From NCBI GenBank assembly GCA_951406725.2, contig OX597827.1:40486001-40550000 (forward strand): 64,000 nt of DNA, given 5' to 3'. Shown here piece by piece: positions 11,886 to 25,546 of this stretch. Under the pieces are notes generated by a model. It saw only the letters and a program-made list of their open reading frames with translations, was not told the DNA's origin and ran no database searches. The DNA comes from Octopus vulgaris (lineage: Eukaryota). The stretch's first letter is position 1. Every line of letters begins with the position of its first letter. Both the position numbers and the translations under genes were made by a program.

Positions 11886-14005
11886 AAAAATCTATTCTAT
11901 GCAAACATATTCCTCTTGGCGTTACTCTCAAACCAACAATGCTGTTTGATTGTTTAGGTTATTTTACTCTCCAAATATGTCTCTGCTCGTTTCTGGCCTA
12001 TCCTAGTTCACCCAATAATACAGCAGTGACCTAAATTTTAGTACCTCAACACTAGATTTTCCTCTTATCTAACTCTGAATGTAATCCTTTTCTTAAAAAT
12101 TACCTTTGGCTTTTGTATAGATAACAAGTGAACACCTCGTGTCTTTTCATATTGTGTTCTCATTTCAAGTTTTAATGTTAGTTTAACTATATAATAAAAT
12201 ATATTACGCATAGTCTGTGTATGTAGGGAGGGGGGCAGTGACTTTAACATGTTGGTCTGTAAAATGTGTCTTGTAACTTTTACACCGTGTACACACGCAC
12301 ATACACACACACATATGTATATGTATATACATATATGTGTGTGTGTGTGTGTGCATATCATCATCATCATTGTCGTCGTTTAATGTCCGCTTTCCATGCT
12401 AGCATGGGTTGGACGGTTTGACTGTGAGCTGGTAAACCAGATGGCTGCACCAAGCTCCAGTCTTGATCTGGCAGAGTTCCTACAGCTGGATGCCCTCCCT
12501 AATGCCAACCACTCTGATGTATATATATATATATATATATATGCTGAGAGACCCCCACCTCCGGTCATGACTGACCATGAGATTGCACCTAGAAAGTTAC
12601 CCTCCCAGGCACAAGTCCAGGCAAGGTTGTTTGTGGAAGACCAACAGTCGCCCATGCATACCAGCCTCCCCTCTCCACGCTACCAGTGTTATCGAAGGGA
12701 AAGGCAAAGGCCAATATAGCTTGGCACCTGTGACGTCGCAACTCATTTCTACAGCTGAGTGAACTGGAGCAACATGAAATAAAGTGTCTTGCTCAAGAAC
12801 ACAACACACAGCTCAGTCCGGGATTTGAACTCACAACCTCACAATTCTAAGCTTGATGCCACTGAGCCATGTGCCTTCATATATATATACATATATCTAT
12901 ACATCCACAGCATAAGTGTTAAGGCCGCTGCCCCTGGTGAAGAGAATTAGCCTACAAGAGTCCTGTGCTGGTACCATGTCAAAAGTACCCAGTGGTTGTC
13001 ATTAGGAAGGGCATCCAGACATAGAATTCAAGTCATATCTGACTAGAAACCTGCTGCAGCTCTCCAGCTTGCCAGCTCTGGTCAAGCTGTCCAACCCATG
13101 CCATCATGGCAAACAGATATTAAAAGATGATGATGATGAGATATATATATATAGGTTTATTGGCATGTTTGCGTTCTGTTTATTGTATGTGTGTGTGTGT
13201 GTATGTTGGCCATTGTTGTTAGTAATAATATTGCTGTTCTTTACAGGTATCGGTTTTATATACTCTTTGTACTTAATAGTTTACAGGTAGATAGGAACAC
13301 ATAACAGTTAATTGTCTTGACCAATTAATCCATTGATCAACCAACTAGTACACCCTTACCATAGCTAGTGGTAAGACCTATTTTAGTACCTATTTTCAGC
13401 TTGGTGGAGTGAACTAGTTATATGTTAAGTTTTGGGTAATGATGGAACACAGTGCTAGTTAAGTGATACAAGCCTCTGATCCCTTTACTAGCTAGTTATG
13501 TGATATGAGCTCTTAACCCCTTTTATGAGCTAGTTATGTGATAGAAACTCTTGACCCCCTTTACTGTACTATCAGATGTATGCTAAAATGGAGGTCTTAG
13601 CCATTCTATGATCAGAGATCATATATCTATAAGACTGGTACATATTTTACTGGGTTTGATGTAAATGATGAAAACTTTAAAAGTAGTGTACCAGTATGGT
13701 TGTTGCCTGAAGACAGAGGCCATTGAAAAAAACATATAATGGTCATTATCATTCATATCATCATTGTTTAATGTCTGCTTTTGATACAGGTATGGATTGG
13801 ATGAGTCAGTGTTCCTCTCCTAAAGGAGTTGAAGGGCCACATCTTATTTGTAGGTTTCGTTTTCAGCTTGACTTCTGTGGTTGCATGTCCTTCCTAACAC
13901 CAACTACTTTATAGAGTCTTCTGGGCATAGCTTTTGTGGCAGCTGCATTAGATAAGTTAACATATCTTCAATAAGATTGAAGGGTCCTCTTAACTCCTTA
14001 TTTAA

Positions 14006-14226
14006 CCCTTTTGTTACCAACCCGGCTGAAACCAGCTCTGGGTCTGTAATAGAAGTGTCTTGTTTTCTTAAGTTTTGAATTAAAATCTTCCACCAAATCT
14101 TAGTCATAGTTTATGTTCCTAACACTAGCCTAATGATAACTAAGTTATTTTACTAAATTCTTTGTTATATTTAAAATAATTGAAAGAAACACAGAGCATC
14201 TCAAAATAAATACGGTAACGAAAAGG
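14006..14226. mobile_element. piggyBac-type MITE
   Basis: TTAA-CCCTTTTGTTACC ... GGTAACGAAAAGG-CTAA. Confidence 0.75.
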
Positions 14227-14560
14227 CTAACAGAATGTACTGGGAGCAATTTATCATGGTGTCAGCCCCAGAAAGGATGAGGATGAAAGAGTGGTGGGTA
14301 GCAAGTGATGGACAGATGGTGAGAGAGAGAGAGAGTGATGGACTTAGATACCAAATAGCCAGGGAATATATAGACCACTGGCATATGGGGGTTGTTGTAT
14401 TGGGTGTGCTGCCACACTCAATGTCCCCAAATTTCAAGCAGGGGTATTACAAAAGTTTTCTATTAAGATTTGTGATTAAATTAATGAGTAAGGTTAATAG
14501 TTAGAATGAATTTGCCATTTTCAGTGTTACAGGGTACATTCAGATTTTATGCATATACCT

Positions 14561-14792
14561 ATTTCTTTACTACCCACAAGGGGCTAAACACAGAGGGGAC
14601 AAACAGGGACAGACAAAGGGATTAAGTCGATTACATCAACCCCAGTGCGTAACTGGTTCTTAATTTACCGACCCCGAAAGGATGAAAGGCAAAGTCGACC
14701 TTGGCGGAATTTGAACTCAGAACGTAACGGCTGACAAAATACCACTAAGCATTTCGTCCAGCGTGCTAACGTTTCTACCAGCTCGCCGCCTT
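14561..14792 (-). mobile_element. SINE family B (Nin/Deu-like domain)
   Basis: Contains GACTTTGCCTTTCATCCTTTCGGGGTCG on the minus strand; flanked by direct repeat TTATGCATATACCT (14547-14560, 14802-14815). Confidence 0.9.
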
Positions 14793-14965
14793 ATATAGAT
14801 CTTATGCATATACCTTGGGATAGGTGAAAGTGCTAAGATAATAAAGAGAGGTGAAGTGTTGAAAAAAGGGTCAAATAGGTCCAATGACATTCTTAGTTAC
14901 ACTGGAAGCAGTGTTCAGTCAACAGAAGAGATCCTGTTCCACACTGCAGCTTAGTACCTTTAAAA

Positions 14966-15215
14966 CCCTTTAGCATTCAGATTACTCTGTCAAATGTAAT
15001 ACTTATTTATTTACATTAAAAAAAAATAATCATGTATTATTAAATCTTGTAACTTGGTGATTTTGAAGATGTGTTTGTTTATTTTTAGAATGACATTTTT
15101 AAAATGTCACAGAATAATATTGCATAGTGGGTGTGAGAGACTGGATCTGGCCAGTTTATACATAAAATGAGTAGAATATTTGGATTCAGATATGGCCAGT
15201 TTAAAGGCTAAAGGG
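14966..15215. mobile_element. piggyBac-type MITE, second family
   Basis: CCCTTTAGC ... GCTAAAGGG-TTAA. Confidence 0.65.
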
Positions 15216-15408
15216 TTAATGTAATCCTTGGGTAGAATCAATACAACTCTGTGTGTGTGTGTGTGGTGGGGGGGGTGTATTAATGCCAAACTTTAGAATA
15301 TAATTCATCAGGTGAACTTCCACACAGATTTTGCCTTGCTCATTTTCACTCACATGGGTTGGGTTAGTCTGAGGTTATAATAATAACCACTTACCCAAGA
15401 TGTAACAA

Positions 15409-15440
<32 letters not shown>

Positions 15441-15513
15441 CAATAAATAAGAGTGGGGAATGTGACTTGTGCATATATACCAAAGCTGCTCAGTTTATAG
15501 GTTTTTTACTTCT

Positions 15514-15544
<31 letters not shown>

Positions 15545-15998
15545 AAGGGGATGGTATCAATGGAAAATATGTGAAGTGACAAATGCTGTGAATAAAAGAA
15601 ATGACCCTGTTGTATCAACACTGAAATGTATGTATAGGATCATTTCTTTTATTCACAGCATTTGTAACCTCAGACATTTTCTATTGATTACTATCCCCTT
15701 ATACTTTGTCCAAAGTATTAATAACTAATGATTCATTGCATCCTGAATTTCATTGCCTATTCTTAGTCATCTTGGTCAGCCTGTCTAAAATCAGGTGACA
15801 AATAAGAACAGCTCTTGTCTGTAGTTAAACTATCTTCATTAACCTACATAACATAACATAACAGTAAATTTGTCAGAGGGAGCCTTGTTGCAACAAAACA
15901 TATTCCAACTATGTACTTTATATAAATTTATATTTTAAGGCAGTGCTCCAGCATGGCTGCAGACAAATGACTGAAACACATATAAGATAGAAGATAAG

Positions 15999-16049
<51 letters not shown>

Positions 16050-16270
16050 CTTCTAATATAGGATAACATTTTTATCCCCCAAAATTTTATCAAAGTGGCA
16101 GCATATTAAAATACCTTTAAAGCCGAAATTATAAACAAATTATATATATATATAATAATAAACAATTTATATATATATAATAAACAATTTATATATATAT
16201 ATATACATACATACATACATATACACACACATGAGCATACCTGTACACTCACACACACACAATATATATA

Positions 16271-17495
16271 TTGGGTCATTCCATAAATAATGTGGTTTTT
16301 TCAATTGCATGAACTAAAAGTTGGAAGGGAACGGGATAAACTACCTACATCAACTTGCTATAAAAGCAGGTAGTAATTTTACCTTGTACTTATTCTTAGT
16401 GCAAGTTTTGAAGAGTGCAGTTTGATTTTAACAGTTATTTTTTCAAAGCTATAATGGAAGTGGCAAAGGAGCATATTCAGCATATTTTGCTTTATAAGTT
16501 CAATAAAGGCAACAACACAACGGAAAGTGCGAGGAATATTAATGAAATATATGGGATCAGACAATCAGCATAAGCCAGTCTCAACAGTGGTTCCAGAAAT
16601 TCTGAGCCAGAAACTACAGCCTAGAAGATGAGCCTCATCCTAGAAGATCTGTAGAGCTTGATGAGGATGTCCTGTAAACCCTGGTGGAACAAAATCCCAT
16701 GGTAACTGTTGAGAAGCTTGGATTTGGTCATTCAACCATTCATTGACACATGTGTGCCTTTGGAAAAGTCAGCAAATTGGGTCAATGGGTTCCTCACAAA
16801 CTTTTCGAGTCTGATCAAAGCTATAATGGAAGTGACAAAGGAACATATTCAGCATATTTTTCTTTATGAGTTCAATAAAGGCAACAACGCAATGGAAAAT
16901 GCAAGGAATATTAATGCAGTATATGGGAATCAGACATTAAGCACAAGCCAGTGTCAAAGGTGGTTCCAGAAATTCCGAGCCAGAAACTACAGCCTAGACA
17001 ACCAGCCCCATCCTGGAAGATCTGTAGAGCTTGACAAGGTCATCCTGCAAACCCTGGTGGAATAAAATCCCATGGTAACTGTTGAGAAGCTTGGATTTGG
17101 TCAGTCAAACATTCATTGACACCTGCGCGCCATCAGAAAGGTCAACAAATTTCCTAGTATAATTTCCTAGTATAATTACATGCAGAGAGTGAATGTGTGC
17201 TCTTCTTTGCTGTCATGTCTCATGAATGAATCTTTTTTGGACTGAATAGTGACTGGGGATGAGAAGTGGGTTCTCTATAAAAATGTCAAGTGCCGAAGAC
17301 AGTGGGTAGGGAAAAGAGAAACACTGGTACCCCAGTCTTCACCCATGTCAGGTGTTGTCTGTTTGGTGGGATATAAAAGGTTTAGTCCACTTTGAACTTT
17401 TAAACCCAAACCATATGATAACAAAGGAGATCTTCTGTGCGCAGCTTGAGCGGCTTAAGTCAGCTCTAGAAGAAAAACGACCATCTTTGGCCTCA
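16271..17495 (+). mobile_element. Defective mariner with internal ~372-bp tandem duplication, 3'-truncated
   Basis: TA-TTGGGTCATTCCATAAATAATG TIR. The MEVxKEHIQHIxLYEFNKG-like HTH is present twice (16443, 16815), followed by VTGDEKW and LSVWWD motifs; multiple stops. Confidence 0.9.
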
Positions 17496-18330
17496 GATGG
17501 CACGCACCTGAGCTACGGCACTGATGTGCCTAGTTGAACATATTGAATGTGTGTAACATTTTCATTGGGAGTATGTTGTTGTTTTGTTTATTTATTGTTT
17601 TATGTTTTTTGCTTTGTTTGTTCTCAATTGCCTTACACACTATTTATAAACACTGATGTGAAAGGTGTAGATTTTTTTTGTATGAATAAATTGAGGGGGG
17701 TAAATATATATAACTTATTGTGTAAGTTGGTGTTGGTATATATCTATTTATAGTTTTAGAAGTTTCTATATACCTAATATATTTCACTCCCTTAAACCCC
17801 TACTCCTGATATCTGCTATTTACCTATCTCTAGTACTTCAGTACTGCTTCATTCAATGTGCCCAAAAGTTCAAAATTTAAGCCTCAGTAATTGATATTCC
17901 TTAATTACATTTACATACATTTAATGACTTCATTCATACAACCTATAATTTATATGAACACATTAATTTTCTTTTGTTTTAAACTCATCAACTATTTCTC
18001 ACAGAATCATTCATTCAATTATATTCATTAGCCAATTCATTTTTCCTTGATTACTACAAGTTCAGCAATTTGTTTACCAGAAAGCAAAAACTCATCATAA
18101 ACTTATATAGGTGTGTGTGTGTCTGGGTGTGCACGCATATGTATGTCTATGTATATATATTTTTTTTTTCCTGACTAACTCACACACACACACATATATA
18201 TATTCATTATAAGGGCACACAAGGCACCTACCTGCTAGAAAGAAAAGTTAAAACCCTCATTTAAACTACCGATAACAGAAGTGTTAGCATGTCAGGCGAA
18301 ATGCTTAGCGGTATTTCATCTGCCTTCCAT

Positions 18331-18719
18331 AGGCACAGGAGTGGCTGTGTGGCAAGTAGCTTGCTTACCAACATTACTGTGTGGCACCTTGGGCAAAATG
18401 TCTTCTAGTATAGCCTCAGGCTGACCAAAGCCTTGTGAGTGGATTTGGTAGATGGAAACTGAAAGAAGCCCATCGTATATATGTATATATGTGTGTGTGT
18501 GTGTGTTTGTGTGTCTATGTTAGTCCCCCCAACATTGCTTAACAACCAATGCTGGTGTGTTTACATCCCCATAACTTAGTGGTTTCGCAAAAGAGAGTGA
18601 TAGAATAAGTACTAGGCTTACAAAGAATAAGTCCTGGGGTCAATTTGCTCGATTAAAAGGTGGTGCTCCAGCATGGCCACAGTCAAATGACTGAAACAAG
18701 TAAAAGAGTAAAAAAGAGT
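18331..18719 (+). mobile_element. SINE family A
   Basis: Family A head, body and tail; preceded by a family B head fragment at ~18277-18324. Confidence 0.9.
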
Positions 18720-18720
18720 T

Positions 18721-18772
<52 letters not shown>

Positions 18773-19429
18773 TTATACAGGCACGCAAGGTGCCTACCTG
18801 CTAGAAAGAAAAGTTAAAGTCCTCACTTAAACCAGCGTTAACACTGAAAAATTCAACAGAAAATCAACAGTAAGTAGGTGAACAGGTTAAATAATTTTGA
18901 CAACCAAATACAGCTCAATGTTAAATATTTTGGTAATTAGATACACTTGGATCATAATTTCTAGTTCTTGTGAACAGCCTCAGCTTGCATCAGCAAGTTT
19001 TACCGATTGAAAAAAATTCTTCAACTTGTCATATTGAATTTTGCTGGTGTTCTGAATTGTTTTGCACCAAAATCAGAACAGCTTCAGTGTAAATATACTA
19101 ATACAGAGTAAAAGATATGAATATAAAGTTGTAATTTTCATAACTATACGTGATTTATAAGAGATAAACAAGTAATTCATTCTCGCAGCAACACAATCGC
19201 AGTCTTTATTGCGAGGCATGGCTGAGCACACATTTGTTCTGGGGTATGTGACCCATTGCCCCTCTTTCTCCACCTTCTGGTTTACCCTACCTTTTTCTTT
19301 TCTTTATTTTTTCTTTATTTCTGTTTTTTCATGTTTTCTTTGTATTTAAATCTTATAAATAAACATTTGTCTAATTTTGCAAGATAACATGTTTGGCAAC
19401 AAATTAATTATTCTTTATTTCCATTTTAG

Positions 19430-20608
19430 GACGATCCCAAAGATGTCATCGATGGATTTCAGTTTACATACAGGATCCGAGATTTAGAAAGGCCAAGGTT
19501 TTGGTACCTGAGCTTGGCAGCGTGTCATCGAAATAGTGGTCAGAACAGCCAGAACAAGAGTATGCAGTGCAAATGGTGGCAGTCACCAAAAGACATTGAA
19601 ATAGCTTATGACATCTGGCTGGTGAATGGACACCCGTCAATGAAACATATTAACCCTTTTGAGCACCAGTTTTCATTTGAGCTTCATGATGTTGCTGAGA
19701 TCTACCTGATCGCACTGCTGTTATACTGTATCCTCCTTGGCACCTGGTTACGGGCCTACAACAAATTAATCAAACACCCAGTTACGAAGCTGCTGACATT
19801 GACAATTGTTCTTGAGATGGTGGGGATTCTACTCAATTGCATTCATGTCATCAAGTTTGCCTTTGATGGGGTTGGTGTGAATTGGTTGTCGGTGGTAGGA
19901 AATGGCACTGATGTGCTTGCCGAGTGTCTCTTCATGCTGCTTGTACTTGTAATCGCAAAAGGATGGGCCATCACAAATATGTATCTTGAAGGTAAATGGG
20001 TGATATTCTCTATTTGGGGTCTCTACACAGTCCTCAATGCTGTCTTGTTTGTGTGGAACCTGACTGAAATCGACATTATTTCAAACACTGGTGAGTGGCA
20101 TACCGGCCCTGGCTATCTGACCCTTGTCTTTCGTCTCACTATTATGCTCTGGTTCCTCTATGAGCTACGTTGGACATTCCTAAATGACCCACAGTCAAAG
20201 CGTCTGCTGTTCTTCCAACACTTTGGCGCTGGTATTCTTGTCTGGTTCGTCTACTTACCTGTACTTGTCATGGTCAGCTTACAAATATCAGCACTGTGGC
20301 GCTACAAGACTATTCTCAGCATCTCATTTGCTGCTAATTTCCTCTCTGCTGTCTGCATTGTCCATCTTCTCTGGCCATCACATTCTGTTCTCTATCTGAT
20401 CAAACAGGATGAATTAATTGGAGCCTATGAAATGGAAGTGACTGGCTTCCTGGAAGATCCAGAGAATTCTTTAGCATCAGAGGAAATCCTTGAAGAGGAA
20501 CGATTTGAGAAACATTCTAAAAAACAAGATAGTTCTTCATTATTGAAAAGTCTGTCAAAAAACAATGGACAAGCACCATCAGAGGATAAGGAACTTCTAC
20601 TTGATTGA
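19430..20608 (+). CDS. Terminal coding exon of a GPR180/TMEM145-family (GOST; intimal-thickness-related receptor-like) 7TM protein
   Basis: Acceptor TTCTTTATTTCCATTTTAG|G at 19429/19430, phase 0. Frame is open to TGA at 20608: DDPKDVIDGFQFTYRIRDLERPRFWYLSLAAC...WLVNGHP...NPFEHQFSF...H.IKFAFDGVG...LVIAKGWAIT...WFVYLP. About 7 hydrophobic segments and an acidic tail. The exact paralogue cannot be determined by eye. Confidence 0.9.
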   Translation, partial: DDPKDVIDGFQFTYRIRDLERPRFWYLSLAACHRNSGQNSQNKSMQCKWWQSPKDIEIAYDIWLVNGHPSMKHINPFEHQFSFELHDVAEIYLIALLLYCILLGTWLRAYNKLIKHPVTKLLTLTIVLEMVGILLNCIHVIKFAFDGVGVNWLSVVGNGTDVLAECLFMLLVLVIAKGWAITNMYLEGKWVIFSIWGLYTVLNAVLFVWNLTEIDIISNTGEWHTGPGYLTLVFRLTIMLWFLYELRWTFLNDPQSKRLLFFQHFGAGILVWFVYLPVLVMVSLQISALWRYKTILSISFAANFLSAVCIVHLLWPSHSVLYLIKQDELIGAYEMEVTGFLEDPENSLASEEILEEERFEKHSKKQDSSSLLKSLSKNNGQAPSEDKELLLD

Positions 20609-20833
20609 CATTGTTCTCTTTGTTTTTTTCCTTATTTTTCTTTCTCCAACCCAACATAATTTATTTATGATCAAAATTCTTGTGTTTGTTTACCTCATTA
20701 ACAAGTGGTAATTATGTATTATTATTAAATTTCCAAACTTTTGTTTCCATCAAATACTGCTGACAAATTTTAAAAATGTATTTTTTTTTTGTTTAATTCA
20801 GACGACATTCCAAAAGATGGTAGAAGCCAGTAA

Positions 20834-20866
<33 letters not shown>

Positions 20867-21019
20867 AGACAAACATAAATATATATCCATGTACACATGC
20901 AGAAAGGAGTGAATGATTGAAAGTGGCACTCAACATAGTTGGTTAGAGTTACATGTATTTAATAGCATTAACTCAGCTCCACATAACTTAAAGTTTTGTA
21001 GGTATGTAGAACATACGTC

Positions 21020-21525
21020 TTATCAGATGTTTAGAGGTAGAGTTTACTTCCGACTGCTTCCAAACATCTGGTGAGAGGGATGTATAGATGTGCCCACAAA
21101 ACATGTAGAGCTGAGCCAAATTCCACTCCACCTCTTGTATCTCCATTGTTTGCAGTGGGCACACTGTATGGAATACCTGCCTACACCTCTCCCATTTATT
21201 AAACAGGGCTATTTACCTGAAGGGAGCAGAGTCCTGTCTGTTTTCTTGCTTACTAGCACTTTGGTCTTGGCTAAGTTAACTCTAAGACCTTTTGATTCCA
21301 GGTTTTGGTTCCACATCTGGAATTTCTTTTCTAATTCTATTACATATTCTGCTATGAGTAAAAGGTCATCAGCATATAGCAGTTCTCAAGAGCAGCCAGC
21401 CTTAAATTTCTGTTATGGCCAAGAGGACAATGATGGATAGAAGAGTACTGGGAACTGAGTCCTAGCAAACTTCTACCTGTACTCTAAATTCATTGCTGTA
21501 TTCATGGCTAACTCTCACCTCACTG
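21020..21525 (-). mobile_element. Degenerate LINE (RTE-like) RT fragment
   Basis: Minus strand ELLYADDL...KGLRVNLAKTKVL. Confidence 0.75.
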
Positions 21526-22659
21526 ACAACTGGTGTGTCTAAGTGGCTAAGAAGCTTGCTTCCTAACCATGTCACCTTGGGTTCAGTTCCACTGTATGGC
21601 ACCTTGGGCAAGAGTCTTCTACAAAAGCCTTGGGCTTGGCTGTGTGGCAAGAAGTTTGTTTCCTTCCCAATCACATGGTTCCAAGGTTCGTCACACTGTG
21701 TGATACCTCGGGCAAGTGTTTTTATTATAGCATTGGATCAACAAAAGGGTTGTGAGTGGTATTGGTAGATGGAAACTGAAAGAAGCCTGTGGCATGTATA
21801 CGTATGCATGTATATATATATATGTGTGTGTGTGTGTGTATTATGTGTGTGCGTGTTTGGATGTGCCCTTGTCCTGACAGTATGTCTGTAAATGAGCATC
21901 ACAGCCATACAAGTGATGTTGGTAATTTCCAGTCTTTTGTTAGAAACATGTCTAGCCATGGGGAAATATTACCTTACTTGCAAACAGACTGGCAGTAGGA
22001 AGGGCATCTGTCTGTAGAAAATCTGCCTCATCGTATTCCATCTGACCCATGCAAGCATGGAAAATTGGACGATTAATGACGATGGTGATTAGGTTTGCAA
22101 AATGTATAAAAAATTTATACTTGTGTGTGTGTGAGTACATGTCCTTACTTGCTTAAAGCCACAGCAATTGTGTACTCAGTGTGTGTGTGTGTGTGTCTTT
22201 CTGTGTGTTTTATTGCATTTGTGTAATGTTACATAACTACTTTGTTTTTATTTTCAACCTCCCTTCCTATTGTTTTGAAATTCACAAGGGAAAATATAAT
22301 TAAATGAGAACAACAATTAAAATTTTTATAACTAACAGTAATTAAAAGGTCAAAATGTTGCCGACAGTTTTATACATACATACACACACATACATACCAT
22401 GCATACATACATACATACATACATACATAGACACATACATACATACGACATAATTATGCAATCAGCCTTCATAACATGCTACTAATGCTCCAGCATGGTT
22501 AGATACTAGTAAAGATAAGTTCAAGGAGTGAATGTGACTATATATAACAATGTAAGTCCATGTAACATGTGTCCACATGTTACATGTAACCACATATAAT
22601 AATGTTACTACAGGTAACAGTACATTATGACAACATGTATATGTAACAATATTGCACAT

Positions 22660-23150
22660 CGCTTCGTGGTTAAGAAACTTGCTTTGCAGCCATGTGGTTT
22701 TGGGTTCAGTCCCACTGCCTGGCACCTTGGCCAAACGTCTTCTTCTATGGCCCCAGACTAACCCAATGCCTTCTGAGTGAATTTGGTAGACGGCAACTAT
22801 AGGGAAGCCTCTGTGTGTGTGTGTGCGTGTGCGCTTGTATGTGTGTGTGTGTGAATGTGCTTGTATATATATATGTGTGTGTGTATGCTTGTATATATAT
22901 GTATATGTGCTTCTATATATATTATATATATATGTGCTTATATATATGTATTTGTTTGTTTCCTCCCCTACTGCTTCACAAACAATGTTGATTTACTAGC
23001 CTCCCTGCAACTTAGCAGTTCATCCAAAGCAACTGATAGAATAAGTACTAGGCTTAAAAAAAAAAAAGATACACACTGTGCTTGATTTATTTAGCTAAAC
23101 TCTTCAAGGTGGTATCTCAGCATGGCCATAGTCCAATGACTGAAACAAGC
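22660..23150 (+). mobile_element. SINE family A, old copy
   Basis: GGGTTCAGTCCCACTG B box, internal microsatellite, family tail. Confidence 0.8.
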
Positions 23151-23745
23151 CTAAGTTTAAAAAATAAAAAAAGATGTAAAATGACTTAGTGGTTTGGTTT
23201 TTGTCGGTGTTGCTCTCTTGGCTTCTAGAACTTGAGTACAAATTTGTTGCAGCTGTTTTGTTGAGTACTTTTTGAAGTACACTTCTTTCTCTATTACCCT
23301 ATTACACCCAGCTGTAACATCTAGGAATGCTACTTAGAGTAAGCTGGCATCCAATTCACTGAGAGGTGTTAGTTATTTATCAGTTACTCTGTACCATGAA
23401 ATGGAGCTAAAAGCCTTGACCCTTCAAAGCAATTCTGGGATTTGGCTATATTTACATTATTATCCTTCAGGCTGTGGAGGTGCATGGCTAAGCTGTTTAG
23501 GGTGTTGAACTCATAATCGTAAGATTGTGGTTTCAATTCCTGGTCCAGGTGATGCAATGTGTTGTTGAGCAAATCATCTCATTTTATGTTACTCCAGTCC
23601 ACTCAGCTGTTAAAAATGAGTGAACATATACTCCACCCCCATCCAGGTGGGGGGGGGGGGAGGAGTATATGCATCACAGAAACCGGACCTCCAAGTCTAT
23701 TTGACTCGAGAACATTCTTGATCCTTTTTATCCTATATCCTTCAG

Positions 23746-23960
23746 AAACGTTAGCACGCCGGGCGAAATGCATAGCCGTATTTCGTCTGTATTTACGTTG
23801 TGAGTTCAAATTCCGCCGAGGTCAACTTTGCCTTTCATCCTTTCGGGGTCGATAAATAAAGTACCAGTTACGCACTGGGGTCAATGTAATCGACTTAATC
23901 CATTTGTCTGTCCTTGTTTGTCTCCTCTATGTTTAACCCCTTGTGGGCAATAAAGAAATA
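23746..23960 (+). mobile_element. SINE family B, slightly 5'-truncated
   Basis: 12-bp TSD TATATCCTTCAG (23734-23745, 23961-23972). Confidence 0.9.
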
Positions 23961-24494
23961 TATATCCTTCAGGTAGGATGTGATATTGGTTAGAGCATTG
24001 ATAAAAAGATACATACAGTAAAGGAACCTGTATGAAGTCACTCGACCTTTTGAAATAGCATCAAAATATCTCTCTTACTTATACACTCTGTTGCCTTCAA
24101 AAAAAAAACCAAAATCAAGTAAACAAAGAAAATGCAAAGGGTACTTCAAATAATGTAGTCCTAGATATACTTTGTCCTGAAAAATAATTGGTCATAGCTG
24201 CAATGCATTTTTAAAACTAATTTTCCCTGCAACAAACAGAACTCACACACACATGAACAAACAAAAACAAAATTTTTTTATATTGTGAAGCAGTTCTATT
24301 TCTTTATAACACACCTAGTTTAACAGAACAATTTAGTTAGTCTTTGAGTGCCTTTAACCAAGTTTATCCTGTTAAAAGCATTCAAGCTATACCCCTGGGG
24401 GCATCTTCCAAGTTTTTCGGCAGACATTGACTTGCAGTTGTTCAAAATCAGATCTATCACTCTCAGTTTGAGAACCATTCCACTCTCTTCTTCT

Positions 24495-24888
24495 TTTATT
24501 CTTTCAGTCATTTGACTGTGGCCATGCTGGGGCACCGCCTTAACATTTTTAGTCGAATGAATCGACCCCAATACTTACATTTTTTAAGCCTGGTACTTAT
24601 TCTATCAGTCTCTTTTGTTGAACTACTGCAGGGACACAAACACACCAACACCGGTTGTCAAGCGATGGTTGGGGAACAAACACATGCACAAAGACACACA
24701 CACACACACACATACATACGTACATATATATGATGGGCTTCTTTCAGTTTCCGTCTGCCAATTACACTCACAAGGCTTTGGTCAGCCTGAAGCTATAGTG
24801 GAAGACACTTGCCCAAGGTGCCATGCAGTGGGACTGAACCCAGAATCATGTGGTTGGGAAGCAAGCTTCTTACCACACAGCTATGCCT
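24495..24888 (-). mobile_element. SINE family A
   Basis: Reverse complement of the family A layout. Confidence 0.85.
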
Positions 24889-25546
24889 AATGATTTTAAC
24901 TCCCTTTTGGTATTATCTAATGGTATTAACTCCTTTTTTGGTATTATCTCCTTTATTTTTTGAATTGTTGCTTTATTGAATATTTCAACTCCACATCCAC
25001 TGCACTCTCACTATTTGCTGCAGAGTTTACTTTTTCTTCTTTTTATTTATTTATCTACTTATTTTTTTATTACGACAGTTGACACCACTCACTTGTAATA
25101 GCTTCTTCCTATTCTGTAATGAAGTTTCAATCTCTATTTGAAACCACTGCAATTCACACCATACAAACAATGCATAGAGTGTAAAACAGTATTAAATTTT
25201 CAAGTTTATCAGTCTAAAATTACAGTAAAAAATTTCTAAAATACCAATCCTTTTTTACCTAACCTCAAATTCCTGGCCTATATTTAAAAAAAATATCATT
25301 ATTATTATTATTATTATTATTACTATTATTATTTTATTGTCTTTGCACAGCTTCTAATGCTAAGATATGCTACAGTGTCAGCTGTTCACTACCAGTGAAC
25401 TAAGGAAACACCCCTTATATTTTGAGCACCATCCGGAGTATTTGAGCAGTTCCAAGCAGTGCTGTTTTCTGCAAGTGCTCCACCCTTATTGCAGCTCCTA
25501 TTTATTATTATTACTATTATTATTATTATTAATAAAAATAGTAATA

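Noticed and set aside
19514-20608. Single-exon gene starting at the ORF-track start
   Set aside because: 19514 is a TTG codon; the frame and family motifs continue upstream to a splice acceptor at 19430, and the signal peptide and N-terminal part are missing.
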